64,000 nucleotides of DNA from Cenococcum geophilum (Eukaryota): the NCBI GenBank assembly GCA_050273025.1, contig CP158635.1:24366001-24430000 (forward strand), given 5' to 3'. Below are positions 12,360 through 25,047 of this stretch, one piece after another. Under the pieces are notes generated by a model, which did not search any database, was not told the DNA's origin, and saw nothing but the letters and a program-made list of their open reading frames with translations. The position numbers were made by a program, and so were the translations under genes. Each line of letters opens with the position of its first letter. Within the stretch, counting starts at the first letter, position 1.

Positions 12360-12690
12360 CGAAGACCGCCGGTTTTGAGATCCGGCCATTTAATTGGCTG
12401 GATTTTAAGCGAATTTACCCCACCAAAACTCTCGCACAACACAGAGGCCGCCGGTTTTGGAAAACCGGCCAATTTTTTAAGCGAGTATTTTGCGCATTCT
12501 AGGCCCGCGATAACAAATAAATAGCAATTGCGCCTTAAATTTAACTATCGTAAAATTCTATGGAATAACTTTAATTAAGAGTTTTAGGTTTTGGGTTGAA
12601 ATTGTATACGAATTCCAAAAGGTAGAGATTTTGGCGTTCCTTGCGTTTTGGCAGATGGCCGGTTTTCAAAACCGTCGGCCTTCGTATTCT
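12360..12690. repeat. Degenerate inverted-repeat element with CCGGTTTT..AAACCG motifs
   Basis: GGCCGCCGGTTTTGGAAAACCGGCC (~12446) is roughly inverted relative to GGCCGGTTTTCAAAACCGTCGGCC (~12657); no clear termini. Confidence 0.45.
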
Positions 12691-13719
12691 GGAATGATTG
12701 GCCCATTAAGAACAGGTTTTTTAGTTGTCCCATTGCAGTGCCCTCGACGGAATTCTTGCTGCCCCTGTCGTCCAATCACATTCGCGCATTCGGCTTTGGT
12801 ATCTAACCTTGTGTTCCCTGACGTTCGACATCACATTTTACTACGGTTTCGCCCTTCCCCGATGGCATGGAAGCTAATTTATTTACTGTGTGTTAAACAA
12901 TCCGTCTGGTTGGTTTATCGGACAGAAATATCGGACTGCTTTGTTAGCGTACCCTGTTTCTCGTTCGAGGCGAAGTTGCAGGCAATGAAGGCATGGGCGT
13001 GAGATGGAGCTGAGGTCCTATCGCGTCTGAGATGAGAGGGCCCGGTCTTGAGGAGTTGTTGTTTTTGTTGGGGTTGGAGACGCTATTCCTGGATGATATT
13101 TCGGCTGGAGCAGTGTGAAGGGGCAGTGTGGCCCCGACATCGTGTGAAAGACAGTTAGGTTAGACTGAACCATGGTTGTGAACGACCGCCTCTAATCTTC
13201 ATAGTTCGGCAGAGAGTAACCGCTTGTGAGGCGCGTAAAAGGACCATGCTTTCGACTTCCAGTCGGACCTCGGCAGGGGGAGAAGACCTCAAGCAGCACT
13301 TCGTTTGGGAATTCTCTCATCATGCTTTGCTAAAATGGCCGCGGCTCCGAACCGGTCCGTTCCTCGGTCTTTGTGTCAAGACGATAGGGAATGAAGTCTG
13401 CGATACACAATCTATCCCTTGACTGCAAGGGGCTGAAAATGGGCCTCTATTCGAATTTCTCATCACAGAGCTTTCAGAGCAGGGAAGGAGAGCGGAGCCA
13501 AAATGGGCTTCACCGAGGGAGAGCTCAAAAATAGACTCCAACGAAGCTTTGTTTATGCATCTTGAAGGAGCACTAAAATAGATCTTCATAGCCTACGTAG
13601 AGAGAGGCCAATATAAATGACAAATTAATCCTTCCATCCCCATCATTCACATTCCAAAGCTTCATCCCGATAATCTGTTAGTTGCAGTATCAGATTCCCT
13701 TCTTCCTTTTAGAGGCCGT

Positions 13720-15369
13720 TCACGTTGATGTATCCGGAGTAATCGGTTGTAAGTCACCATGGCTTAAGTCACTGTCTTGTTCTCCTAGTGCTAAGATTTG
13801 GTTTCCAAATTGCTGCGAAAGTCTAGAGTACTCTGATAGCTGTGGCTCGGATTTTTGAGAGTCTTTGAGATTAAAGTTAGGCGGTAGGTCGTCAATAACG
13901 GACCGGATCTTCTTAAGGAGATTAAGCGACTCCATGTAAGCCTCTACCGTGAAATCATATGTCGTCCATCTCTCTCTACCGGCGAGCGCTATGATATTAA
14001 AGTCGTGAATTAGATGACGGTGAGTTGTGAACTTGGGCCCATTAAAAACAGGGTAATAGCCGTATATTCTTACATTTCGGTGATCGTGGGAAATCGAATA
14101 AGCTAATATTTCTCGGTGGAGTTCATTCTCCCTCTTCGCCAGTTTAAAAAGCTCGACAATGCCTCTTATCGCAAGTTTCATACTATGTGCGTTCTGCCGA
14201 TCTGCAACATCAAGTCCCGTAGTACCACATTTTACTTCGCACGTTAGAAATGGAAAGAGTATGTAGTAAGTAGCCATGAAATAGGACCGGCACAGAGGAT
14301 CGCCCAATGCAGGTTGAAGTTTCCTGAAATGATCATCTGAGAAGGCAGATCGCCCGAAGCCAGCAGCGTAATCTGGTTGTGGACGAGGATTAGTTACAGG
14401 AATAGAGTTGTTCCAGTCATCACCGGCACTATCGGCCAAAACGTTGAAGCACTTGTCGCTAAGCGTGGCGAGGGTTTCTGCAGAGGGAACAAGCAGTTGA
14501 CCCATAACTTGAATGATCTTTGCTTCATTCCTGCCTTGCAATTTCCGGCAAGCTTCCTTGAAAGTCTGGTCATCACGAAATATGGTATTTTCTGGATGCG
14601 CATGCTTCTTCTCAAGTAGTCTGCGGCAGAGGCTCTCACTTCTATCCGAGATACCTAGCTCATGATCGTTCATGTAGAACCCGCCCAGGGTCTCAAGCAA
14701 AGTTTCGTAGCTTAGATGATTGTATGGAACACTCTTTTCATCTCTTCCCCTTTGGTCGCTTAGAGTCGCAGAAGCAGTGAGGCTAGGTTCCGATCGTTTA
14801 CGCCGAAGAGAAGACAATGACTTCTTCCTTTCAAACAAGTGTGACATATCATTCTTTTGGAAGAATTCCTTAGGCCACTTCTTTGTCTCTGCCCAATGGC
14901 TAATATGACTCCTGACCAACCGTCTGCCCGAGAGAAGGGCCTACAGGCAAAGATCGAGGACGTTTTTGAGGCCGCTCAGTCGATACGTGATTCGCCGGGT
15001 GTTCCGCTTCTTGGGGTCGCTTTCGGCCCTGTAATGGTAGAGGAGGCGGACAGTTCTGTTATCCAGTAGGTCGAGTTGGCTCTAGGCAGTATACTAAAGG
15101 AATGTATACGTACCTCTTCTGTTAAGAGGAACGAGTGTCTCTGTCTAGGCTTGGTATTCTTACTTTTTCGAGGCTGCGAAACGCTTGGAGGCGTGCGCTC
15201 CTCCGGACTTTTTGTGGCTCTGTTTTCTGAATACCTCGAAGCCGCTTTCCTGTGAAGGGTCAGATCGGACATCTGCTCTGTAGGCCAGTAAAGGGAGCGT
15301 ACCTTTATCTACTTGCGACGAAGCCGGCCATCTCCTTTGGGCCCTTAGATGTGCTTGGTGCCTGGCCAT
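13720..15369 (-). CDS. Fungal uncharacterised protein with PD...EVK (PD-(D/E)XK nuclease-like) core, DUF7924-type family
   Basis: PQPDYA.GF, FPFLTCEVKCG, ADRQNAHSM and SISHDH..VRIYG motifs in the 399-aa ORF; upstream exons (MARHQA..., RRSARLQ) joined by GT-AG introns; exact model and intactness uncertain. Confidence 0.75.
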
Positions 15370-15767
15370 GATGGATGGGCTCAGAGGGTCTGGTAGCTTA
15401 TTATGTAGCCGCTAGGTTTGAACTTAAATGGTGATCCATTGTTGAGGACGTGGAACCAAAGCAGATGAAACGCCAAGCCGACGAGATGGTCCCACTCACG
15501 CCAAACTTTAATCGGCGGGCTAACCGCACGTTATTGCCAATGCGACTTCCTACTACCCTATTGCCTACTACACTGTTGCCTACCACCCTGCAACCTTCCT
15601 CATGGATATAAGGCTCCTTAGAGCCAGTTTGAATAGACAGTCCTCAATTTTTTATTTTCTGACCTACTTTGATCGGCGGGTGAGTCGCCACCATCATAGT
15701 CGCGTGGAAGTAAAATTAGAGAATTTCCATCAAGTGCCACAGCTCGCACTTCATCATGTAGACCTTC

Positions 15768-15905
15768 TGTCGAACTGAGACAGAATGTCTCAGTTGCCTA
15801 GTACCTGTTCCTGTTGCCTGCACCTGCACCATGTATAAATAGTCTCTTTTCTTCATAGTTTAATCTACACACGAGTCCTTTTATGACCTCATTTTCCGTT
15901 CGACA
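15768..15905. mobile_element. Solo LTR (138 bp)
   Basis: TGTCGAAC...GTTCGACA termini; 5-bp TSD CCTTC; internal TATAAA. Confidence 0.88.
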
Positions 15906-16149
15906 CCTTCGAAGTATCTATTTTGAGGGTATTCCCAGACCGTAACAAGGAGGCCAGTCTGGCGGCTGCAGCGGTTTGTAATATGGGTGCGAAATCGTGT
16001 CCCAAAGAGTTCGTGCCATTTCGAGATTTTCGAGGCGATATTGGAAAGAAAAAAGGTCAATAGAACTTAGCATATCACGTGATTAACTATATGTACATGT
16101 CACGTGTAGATAGGGGCTGGGACGGGAAAGAACAGATCTCAGCTAAGGA

Positions 16150-16880
16150 GAGCTGCAAAGGTTATGGAGGAAGCGGATGTTACATGTTTTTCTGGATGTT
16201 TGCGCGTGAATACTATTTCAGGAATTTTAGGAAGTATCCCATGCGCTGTCGATAAAGGCTCTCGCACTAACGAACCAATTAGAAGGTTTAGATTAAATAG
16301 AGTCTTGGCAGTAAAGCTGAGGACTTAGAGTTATAATTGCTATCTTATTTAAATCGTGATAATCAAGTTCAAAAATAATTTGTTTTAGTTTTTACTGCTA
16401 GAAGTACGTTTACGACCTACAGGCTCCAGTGTTCCCCCCTGTGCGCGCAACACACACAGCAATTTCGGTAATCACTAGTCAAGTGCACCATCTAGCGTAG
16501 ATACTGTGCGCTTGCCAAAAGAGCTGTGCACCCGCAAGAAAGGCATAGGGGGGGACACTGGAGCCTGTACAGGCTATATAATTAAGGTAGGAAGCTATCC
16601 CATGCGCTGTTGATAGATGTGGCCCGTGCACGAACACTAAAACATAACAAATGTCTTTAGTATAGAATCTATGCGATATACCGCTCTGCAAAGAAGGACC
16701 TTGCTAGCAGGAACATCTCACTTTAATCTGATAACAATTGAGACGATAATATAGCAAATTTGAGATTTATTGTAATGATTTGGAGCCTTTACTACGACTT
16801 CATTTTGCCAAGACTCTATTTGATTTAAAGCCTTTGGTTGGCTCGTCTATTTGGACGCCTCTATCCCTTGCAACTACAAA
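16150..16880. mobile_element. Old degenerate long-TIR element
   Basis: TTAGATTAAATAGAGTCTTGGCA (~16288) inverted at ~16807; ATCCCATGCGCTGT.GATA repeated at 16236 and 16597. Confidence 0.55.
16420..16567. mobile_element. Small Tc1/mariner-type MITE nested in the older element
   Basis: TIR CAGGCTCCAGTGT.CCCCC / GGGGGACACTGGAGCCTG; TA TSD. Confidence 0.85.
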
Positions 16881-17366
16881 TTGAACCGTGCACGAACACC
16901 AGAATCAAAAAATACGCGTATGGTCATGGAGCCGTGATCCTATTGATTCTATTGGCTCGGCAATACTTCTGACACTAGCAGTTATTAGTGAACGCCGCTA
17001 CCTGCATCTCGACGTGTTGCCCTGGAAACCCCAGTCAGCACTCAGATGCCGCAAGAGAGGCTAGCCCGGAAATATTCCGGGACTTTGATGGAGAACGAAC
17101 AGATAAGCATAACCGTGACAATATTACTATCAGTATGCTTTAAGGAGAGTGGTTAGCAGTAGAAGGCCTTTTAGCTCTTAGACGGTACAAAGACTGAATT
17201 CAAAAATGGCAGGATGATTTTATGCTGATTTTTTATTTCTATCTATGCTAACCGCTGAACTGGTAAGAACCCATGCCCTCCATATAATCCTTGGATCACC
17301 ATTGCCATAGCCGTACTAATGCACATTCATGAAAAGTAACTAGAAGACAAGGAAGAATGTAAAAGT

Positions 17367-18239
17367 TTACTGGGACGAGCCACCAGAGATTGTGATGACC
17401 TGGCCTAGAAGAGTGTTAGCTTAAGTTTTAATGCATACGTTATACTTAATTCCAGTGGGGTAGTCCTTACCGTTGACCCATCCACCATCCTCAGACGCCA
17501 AGAACGCAACTACCCTCGCAACATCGTCCGGCAGCGCGCACCTGCCAAGCGGGCAGTGGCTTGCCATCAATGACTCGATCTTCTCCGCCGGCCACTCTGG
17601 AGTACCACCTGGAATGTAGTGCCATGCGTTCTGGGTGAACATGTCACTCTTGATGCCGCCTGGTGCGACACCGTTGACGGTGATGCCGCGCTTGCCAAAG
17701 TCAGTCGCGAAAGCCTTGATCATACCAATGACGGCCATCTTGCTAGCGTTGTAAAGAGCGTGGTCCTTCACGCCTAGCAGACCGGCAGCAATGGAAGACA
17801 TGAGGATGACACGGCCGTTGTCCTCGAGGAACTTGTAGGCAGCCTGCCCAACGAAGAACTGGGCACGCGCGTTCAGGTTGAAGACGTGGTCGTATTTCTC
17901 CTCCGTCACCTCCTCAGTCTTGTCCCAGCTCTCAGTGCCCGAGTTGCTCATGACAATGTCGATTTTGCCGAACGCCTGCTTGGCCTCGGTGAAGAGCCTG
18001 TTGATCTCGGAGACCTTGGACACGTCGGCTTGAATGCTAATGGCCTTTGCGCCATTGCCGAAGCCCTCGATTATCCCGCACACTTCCTCGGCGGGGCCCT
18101 TGGAGGAGACGTAGTTGACAACGACGGAGGCACCGCGCTTGCCGAGCTCGATGGCGCATCCACGGCCAATACCGCGGCCGGCACCGGTGATGAGAGCGAC
18201 CTTGCCCTCTAGGCTAGCGGTGGGAACGGCGACGACCAT
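17367..18239 (-). CDS. Hydroxynaphthalene reductase (T4HN reductase/Arp2-like SDR, DHN-melanin pathway)
   Basis: TGAGRGIG, MSNSG, YNASK and APGGIKSDMF..NAWHY.PG motifs; intron 17470-17405, last exon GQVITISGGSSQ*. Confidence 0.88.
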
Positions 18240-19027
18240 TTTGTTGGGTTTTGGGGTTGCTGGGAAATTTCGTTAGCCTTTTGATTGCTTTGGGAAACTA
18301 GCCATGCTATTGGATATTCCGGAACTTACTTTGGGTATTCTTGGGGTAAAGTAAATATGACACTGCAGGGAGCTGTAGAGGGTATCAGAGAAGAATCGAG
18401 AGTTCGGTGAAAGCTTCAGAGAATCAGATGAAGAATAAAATTGCTGGTAAGCAGACGTAGTGACGACTATATAAACCCATCTTCCGCAGTATACAATTAG
18501 CGGAAGGGCGGGGACCCGACGTCGGGAACCCTTTGAGTGTCTGGCCCCAGCCGCCGAGGGGCCATTTTTATTTTCTACCTCTCGAAATTTTCGACACGGA
18601 ATCATGGGGGAGTTGTGGCCGGACTGCTGATTTCGGCATCGGGGTTGTTGTGGAGGTTGCTGAGGGGAGGGGTGGTGTCGGTCCCCCATCTCTTGTTGAG
18701 GCCGCCCCTCGAAAGTGAGCACGGTGAAAGACAGCGCAATATGGGCGAAATAGCTATATGAATAGAGTGAACACTGTATTCCCCTGTTGATCGTCACGGT
18801 ACCTGGCGCTCGGACGATGATTTGCAGCGTCATGGAGAGCATACTGTGTTCTTACGGCCAGGCGCCATGGTAAGGGCCCGCGCCCGCAATCTTCAAGCCA
18901 AGAGAAGTCGCAACCCACGGTTATCGATAACGGAGCCAGGGCGGCGTCAAAGTCCGACAACACCATCTACGCCACCACCAAAACATTTTAACACCTCAAT
19001 TAACGCCCCGTACCTCAGCTCTCCGCA

Positions 19028-20136
19028 ATGCACATACTCGTAACGCTCCCCAGCAATTCCCGAACATATCCCGCTAATTTTATTCCCTAGATCACCAACG
19101 ACGACGGCCCCCCATCAAACCAATCCTCTCCCTACGTCCACTCCCTCGTCTCCTCTCTCCAATCGGCCGGCCACAAGGTCTCCGTCGTCCTCCCGAACAT
19201 CCAACGCTCATGGATTGGTAAGGCCCATCTTGTGGGCAAATCCCTAAAACCAACCTACTTCCGCCCCGGTCCTCTAAAGGCCGTAGACGGCCGACTTTCC
19301 AACACCGGCACCACCTCAAACCGGCCGCTGCCCGGGAATTCAGACGACGAGGAATGGGTTCTCGTCGACAGCACACCCGCGAGCTGTGTGCAGATTGGAC
19401 TGTACCACTACTTTAAGGCTAGAGGTCCTATCGACCTTGTTGTCAGTGGGCCGAATTATGGTCGCAACAGCACCGCCGTGTTCAGTCTCTCCAGCGGCAC
19501 AATCGGCGGCGCGATAGAAGCAGCTGTGTGTGGCGTAAAGGCTATTGCTCTATCCTACGCCTTCTTCGACCGGAACCACGATCCGGACATCATCGCGGGC
19601 GCGTCGGCCCACTCGGTGAAGGTGATCGAGCATCTCTACGCCAACTGGGGAAATAACGTCCACCTCTATTCTGTCAATGTGCCGCTAGTTGACAAAGTCG
19701 GGGAGCGCAAGACGCTGTACACGGAGATGCTGCAGAATCAGTGGAAGAGCGGGTCGTGCTTCCAAGAAATCGAGGTGCCGGAAGAGGAAGACCAGGGCCT
19801 GGAGGAAGTCGAGACGGCAATGCGGAAGGCGGAGGAGCGTCAGGGGCGTAGGGAACAAGGCCAAGAAGGGACAGGTAGTGGATACGATACGCCAACGGGC
19901 AACGGACACATTAGATACACGCACAAGCACTTTAAGTGGGCGCCAAGGTTCAAAGATGTTTACCAGAGCGTTGACGACGCACCCCCAGGGAATGATGGAT
20001 GGGCCGTTAAAGAGGGTTATACGAGGTATGTTGGCTGGCCATTGGTGCGGTCTACGGCTAACATGATGGCAGTGTCACGCCACTACGAGCTAACTTCATG
20101 CATGCTGGTGGGTTTGAGGGCGAATTGAAGATTTGA
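19028..20136 (+). CDS. SurE-family 5'/3'-nucleotidase/phosphatase
   Basis: MHIL|ITNDDGPP (intron 19040-19090), QRSWIGKAH, SGPNYGRN, SSGTIGGAIEA; second intron near 20026-20072 then SVTPLRANF. Confidence 0.92.
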
Positions 20137-20421
20137 TTATGCATATGTATGGCTGGTGTGGCGTCGGCAGAGGGTGTTGTGAGTGATAAAATGCATCAAT
20201 TATTAGATTCACTGCATTTTAAAGTGGGATATATCGTTATTACAATAGGACAGCTTATGTCATCCGTTTTTGTTAGCCATTGCCTTTATGCTGTCTTATG
20301 CCAAGCGGTAAAATGACCCCTACATTTCTTCTCCCATGGATACACCTGTCTACTAACGCTCGCAACAGCGCCCCGGATGTCTGGAAAGTGACTGTCTGAA
20401 GAGATAAAGTCTCAATTATCA

Positions 20422-20790
20422 ATGAGACATCCACTCAGCATTGCCGAGACAGTTGCCGGGGTCGAGTGCGACCATATACACCTGCATCGAAGTAGCCAAA
20501 ACTGTCGACATGGCCATATCCGAACTTCCGGGCCGAAGTTGATGCGCTATCCAAAAGCCTGACAAACATCGGGCTGGCGTTCCAAGGCCCCGAGGTGATG
20601 CTATTGCACCAGCGTAGTTGGAACGGCGACAGCTCGTATGCTACGCTATTCTGCGGCGTCGAGAAGCTTGCTCGAGGACTACAGCAGTACGCTGGAGAAG
20701 CTCGACGCTGTGCTGCCTACTTTTGAGGGCAAGGGCGTGTTTGCGCGGGGCGTGTTGGACACACTGGTGGGATTTGGTTTGGGGGTATAT
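20422..20790 (+). pseudogene. Fungal N-terminal (HeLo-like/STAND-associated) domain remnant
   Basis: HPLSIAETVAGV...ATIYTCIEVAKTVDMAISEL...EVDALSKSL...STLEKLDAVL across frameshifts. Confidence 0.5.
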
Positions 20791-20973
20791 CAGGCAGAAA
20801 TCGAAGTAACACCAACAGCGTCGAATAAGTCAATACATAAGTGGATCCCCAGCACAATAATGGACAAAGGTAATCATTTCATTTATCCCTATCCAATATA
20901 ATAATGCAGTTTGCATACCAACTCCACAGCCAGGTCTTGAGCGAGGACGAAGCGGAAGACTCAGCTGGCCGGC

Positions 20974-21149
20974 CAGTGCTTTTATCAATATTTCTAGTAC
21001 ATTTCAATATCCACAGGGAATTATATTATTGATAATATAGATATTGGAATGCTTTTTAATTTATATTTAATTCAATAATATGTTATTATGGTGTTGTTGA
21101 GGAATACTGAATCCTCATCGATAAGTATTGAATATTGATAAAAGCACTG
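20974..21149. mobile_element. AT-rich MITE with CAGTG termini (hAT-like)
   Basis: TIR CAGTGCTTTTATCAATATT / AATATTGATAAAAGCACTG; GCTGGCC near both sides but TSD imperfect. Confidence 0.85.
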
Positions 21150-21189
21150 GCTGGCCCCAAACTTGGACCGCTCCCGCTAGTCTCTCTCA

Positions 21190-22130
21190 AATGGGAGATC
21201 TACTGAGCATATTGCTTGCTTGTGCCTCTTACGTTTTGAGTTGAAGTCCTCCCTAAGGATACACCACTCGATATATTTCTCAAGATTACGTATCGTGATG
21301 GCGCTGTGATAGTCCAAGAACTAGTCTCTGTTGAGGATGTCACCCAAATAAGGAGCTCAAGCCGTATCTCGAGAAACCAGAGGCCAATACAAGCCTTGAG
21401 GCACTGTCAAAGAAATGAAGACCGTCCTGGGGCTAGCAGCGAAGTCTCCTGCCGCAGCCAAGGCTGTAATACAAAACGCTACCGTCCGCGCCGCCAGGGA
21501 TGATCTCTTGACGGTCGTTACCGAATGGTGGTGATTCGCCGATAAGAGAGAAATAAGTCTATCAGTCCTCCAGCTGAAGCTTCTTTTCGAATATGGTCGG
21601 TCCAGGGAGTAAGTCTCAGGGTCTCCTGTGATGACCTTGTCCATCACACTAGGTATCATGGAGACCCAAAAGGAAACGACCTTGTTGGCTTGGGTGGTTG
21701 CGAGTGGGTGATCGTTGGTTGGTTTTAATTGTGACTTTCGTGTCTGCGTTAACAGCTCAACTAGTCACGAGGACCACCAAACAAAACGGCGATATGGAGG
21801 TGATTCTGGGATCGCACCTATGAACCTATGAGATGACGAGCGCACTCCTCTCCCTACAGAAGTCACGTACGCAGAAGTGAATCATCGTGATTGCTGTTTT
21901 GTACTCGGAAACTGTTATCATTGTGGGGGCGCCAACAGTACTGATGAGTATCGCACCACTCTTATTTATGCTTTCTGCAGAGGTACTTGCCGGCAGGAGA
22001 GGAACCAGTTCCTTGCTGTAGATAGGGAGATTATGAAGAAGATGGATTATGAGGTGCAGGATATCTTTGGCTGGAGAGCCAGTGCGCCGTTTTGTGGATG
22101 ACATAAGCTGATATCCGAGTGATCTTATTC
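21190..22130 (+). pseudogene. Phytanoyl-CoA dioxygenase (PhyH, Fe/2-oxoglutarate) family pseudogene
   Basis: YRDGAVIVQEL, TTKQNG...ILGSHL*, CYHCGGANST and RQERNQFLA motifs, broken by stops and frameshifts. Confidence 0.8.
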
Positions 22131-22857
22131 GAGACGGTGTAGGTGCGAATACAAACATCCTAACCGGATACCAGTAAACACATGGTCCAAAACCGATTTC
22201 CTAGTATGAAGCAATATATCTGTGTCCGTTAGGTCTCCAGTTATGTCCTCGCAAATGGCTTCAGATATTTAAGAAATCAGTATGAGTTGCTTTATACATT
22301 GGATACCGACCAGACTTGGGAATAAGCAAGCTGTCAAGCCCGCATGGACAAGTATATGGCAGGTGCACCCGTGCAAAGCACTTCTAAAGGTCCGTGACGA
22401 TGTGCAAGATGCTCGTAGTAGTCAAAGCGGGCTTGACAGCTTGCTTGTCCCCAAACCTGACCGATACCGAAGCACTCCAAGCGCGCCAAAATCCAGATGG
22501 CCTGGCAAGAGCTGAACGAATATTTCTTGCGTGTACGCATTTGCCAAAGATTTTTGGTTGTTGCTGTTTTCTCGAAAGGTCAGCTAGGCAGAGTATGAAA
22601 AAGTCGTTTTGATTATGCTTTCTGACGTCTTTTTCACCTCTGATATGTACACAATTAGGCTGTTATTGATAAATATGAAAATACTACAATTGAACATGCG
22701 TGGAAGACACATTGTGCTGTGTGCTGCAAACGATTTGTGTTCTCTTACATGAAGTCATGATGCTGTTCCTCACACGCTAAGAAAGAGTTAATAATAAGCT
22801 AGCGAGTTGAATATACTTTCATTTTTATTATTATTAAGACTAGATTTTTGACAATTA

Positions 22858-23137
22858 ACGTGGCACACGGGGTTTTGCTCGGTCCCTAAGCTTTGCAAGC
22901 TACTGCCACCTTCAAGCTTTGAACATCATGGCTGGGGCCAAATTCACCAGACAATCGAGCTTTAAACCATTAGAAATAGATTTTTAAATAGACTTATAAA
23001 CATATATTTATTGTTTTAAGACTCCTTACTAACAATGCAATGGTGTGTAATGGTTTTTACTGGTTATTTGCCACCAAAAATTTTGGTGTTCAAATCGAGC
23101 AAAACTCAGGCACCGAGCAAAACCCCGTGTGCCACGT
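22858..23137. mobile_element. Fot1/pogo-type MITE
   Basis: TIR ACGTGGCACACGGGGTTTTGCTCGGT and its exact reverse complement; TA TSD. Confidence 0.92.
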
Positions 23138-24119
23138 TACGGGTAGTCCATTGAGGCCGAGTACGGCAGGGCCAGATTACGGAAACCCGTGGAGTAACAT
23201 GCCCGTTAGATATCTAGTGAGCGGCAGGAACGCACCTTTTTCCATTGGTCTATCTTTTCAACGTCCCACATGCTGTTTTGGGCATCAAGATTCCGCGGTA
23301 TACTTACTCATCCGGTCATTTAATTTATTATTGTAGTCGCGTGGCGCTAAAATCTTACGCAAACGATGGAGGTGTCTAAACGAATGAAGTCTCTGTTTAG
23401 AGATTCGTAATCACATGTGGAGATAAGGACTTCAGCTGAGTTTGGTACGGAAGCCAGTTTGTGTAAAGCGAGCTAGGAAGACTAATATTGACCAGTATCT
23501 ACCGAGCGCGGCATTTTGTAAAATTACTCATTTCAAAGAGATAAAGATAATTAGGCAAGTAGAGCGAATGTACGTCCATCTACCACTTAACTGCAGTAGA
23601 ACAATTAAGGCTGCGCGGAGGAGTTCATACTATTCACCATATCCCAAAGACTGGAACCGGCCGGGTTATGCTGCGACTGAGCTGCAGGTTTTAAGATTAT
23701 ATGGTGTCGATAGAAACTATCTTTCGCGCGAGGCCTATGAAGGGGCTAGGGCTCTAGAGGGGTGGCCTCGGCAATAGGATATTCAAGCTGTTGATTCTAG
23801 AATGCCTTAGTTGAGTCTTTAAATCGTTTGTATACTTCCGAGAGCTATTTGAAAAACTTTGCACAATTGTGCCAAGATGCTGTGGTCCTCATGTAATGTA
23901 ACCCCACGCGAGGCCCTTCGTCTCACCTACCCAATGGCCGTTACTGAGAAGAAATCCTATTAGGATTTTTCGAAAGTCACACCAACCCAGGAGTATGTCG
24001 TCGGCTGTTCGGCCAAGTCAAAACCGAGAACTCGGGATGTGGTTGAATGAGGGGGCCGCCACGTGGTGATGATTTAGTGTGCGAATGACAAGCCAGGAAT
24101 CGGCGACGCCTAGCTTCGA

Positions 24120-24660
24120 AGAAACGGCGCGGGGCGGGGGATTCAAAACAGGGATGGATGAGGACGTTCAGAGCAAGAGCTTTACCTCGATCGGCACGGA
24201 CACGATGTCCTCGGTGGTTCGACCGGCAATAATGTGTAGACAGGGCACTCGCGCGAGGTTTGAATGGTGCGGGGTCGCGGCACGGTAATGCAACAGGGTC
24301 GCGAGGAGTCGGTAGGTAATAGCGCATAGCGCATAAGCCGAGCGGAATAATTGCGACACGCTCGATCATCTCATGATGGGCGTTGAAATTTTCTCTCTTG
24401 GGTAGGAAATATGCGAGCGCGGCAGCCGCCAGCGGCTTGACCCTTGAAACCAGCTTAGCTTTGATGTTACGCTGCCAGCCTCCCGCCCTTGGCAGAGAAA
24501 GCTTAGCGCTGCAGCCAGAGGTCCCGCATAAGCAAGCCTGAAATCCTCCAAGTGTTCGACAATCCATTCTTTAGTCGTCACAGGCTCATTACTGGGTTGG
24601 AGCAGCTAGCCTGTAGTAGAGAATTGCGAGGTGCGGGGAAAAAACGGTTGGGGAGGCTTA
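24120..24660 (+). promoter_or_regulatory. Possible CreA/Mig1 (SYGGRG) sites upstream of the sugar transporter
   Basis: GCGGGG at ~24129, 24134, 24269 and 24633; short motif, so chance occurrence is possible. Confidence 0.3.
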
Positions 24661-25047
24661 AAAGCCTCGCTGCAACACCCGAACTCGTGGGAGGACGCCA
24701 CTTACGTGCGCCCAAAAGCTTCAGCCTGACGTTCAGCAACCGACTTCCACAATGCTTCCATGCCCGAATGCCCGTCGTGCCCAGAGTATGCTAGTAATCC
24801 GGCTTAGAGTTCCTATTGGTGGTACACTAGGTGATCAGCTTGTTGTCTGCTGCTGTTGCCCCACGAATTCGCCTGACATGACCTCATCTTGTGAAAATGC
24901 CTCCTCCTAGGCAGATCAAAGGTCATGAGTTGCCTTTTCTCTCAGCTCAAGGTTTTGTTTTCAGTCGCTGGAAGCTTTAAGGGAGCCCGCCCCATCCCTT
25001 TATCCCTCAACCACGCTCAGAATCACAACCATAATTGAAAAAAAATC

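Noticed and set aside
18273..18842. 189-aa ORF upstream of the reductase
   Set aside because: Covers the promoter and 5' UTR and has no protein-like features
23977..24567. 196-aa minus-strand ORF
   Set aside because: No recognisable domain; lies in the GC-rich transporter upstream region
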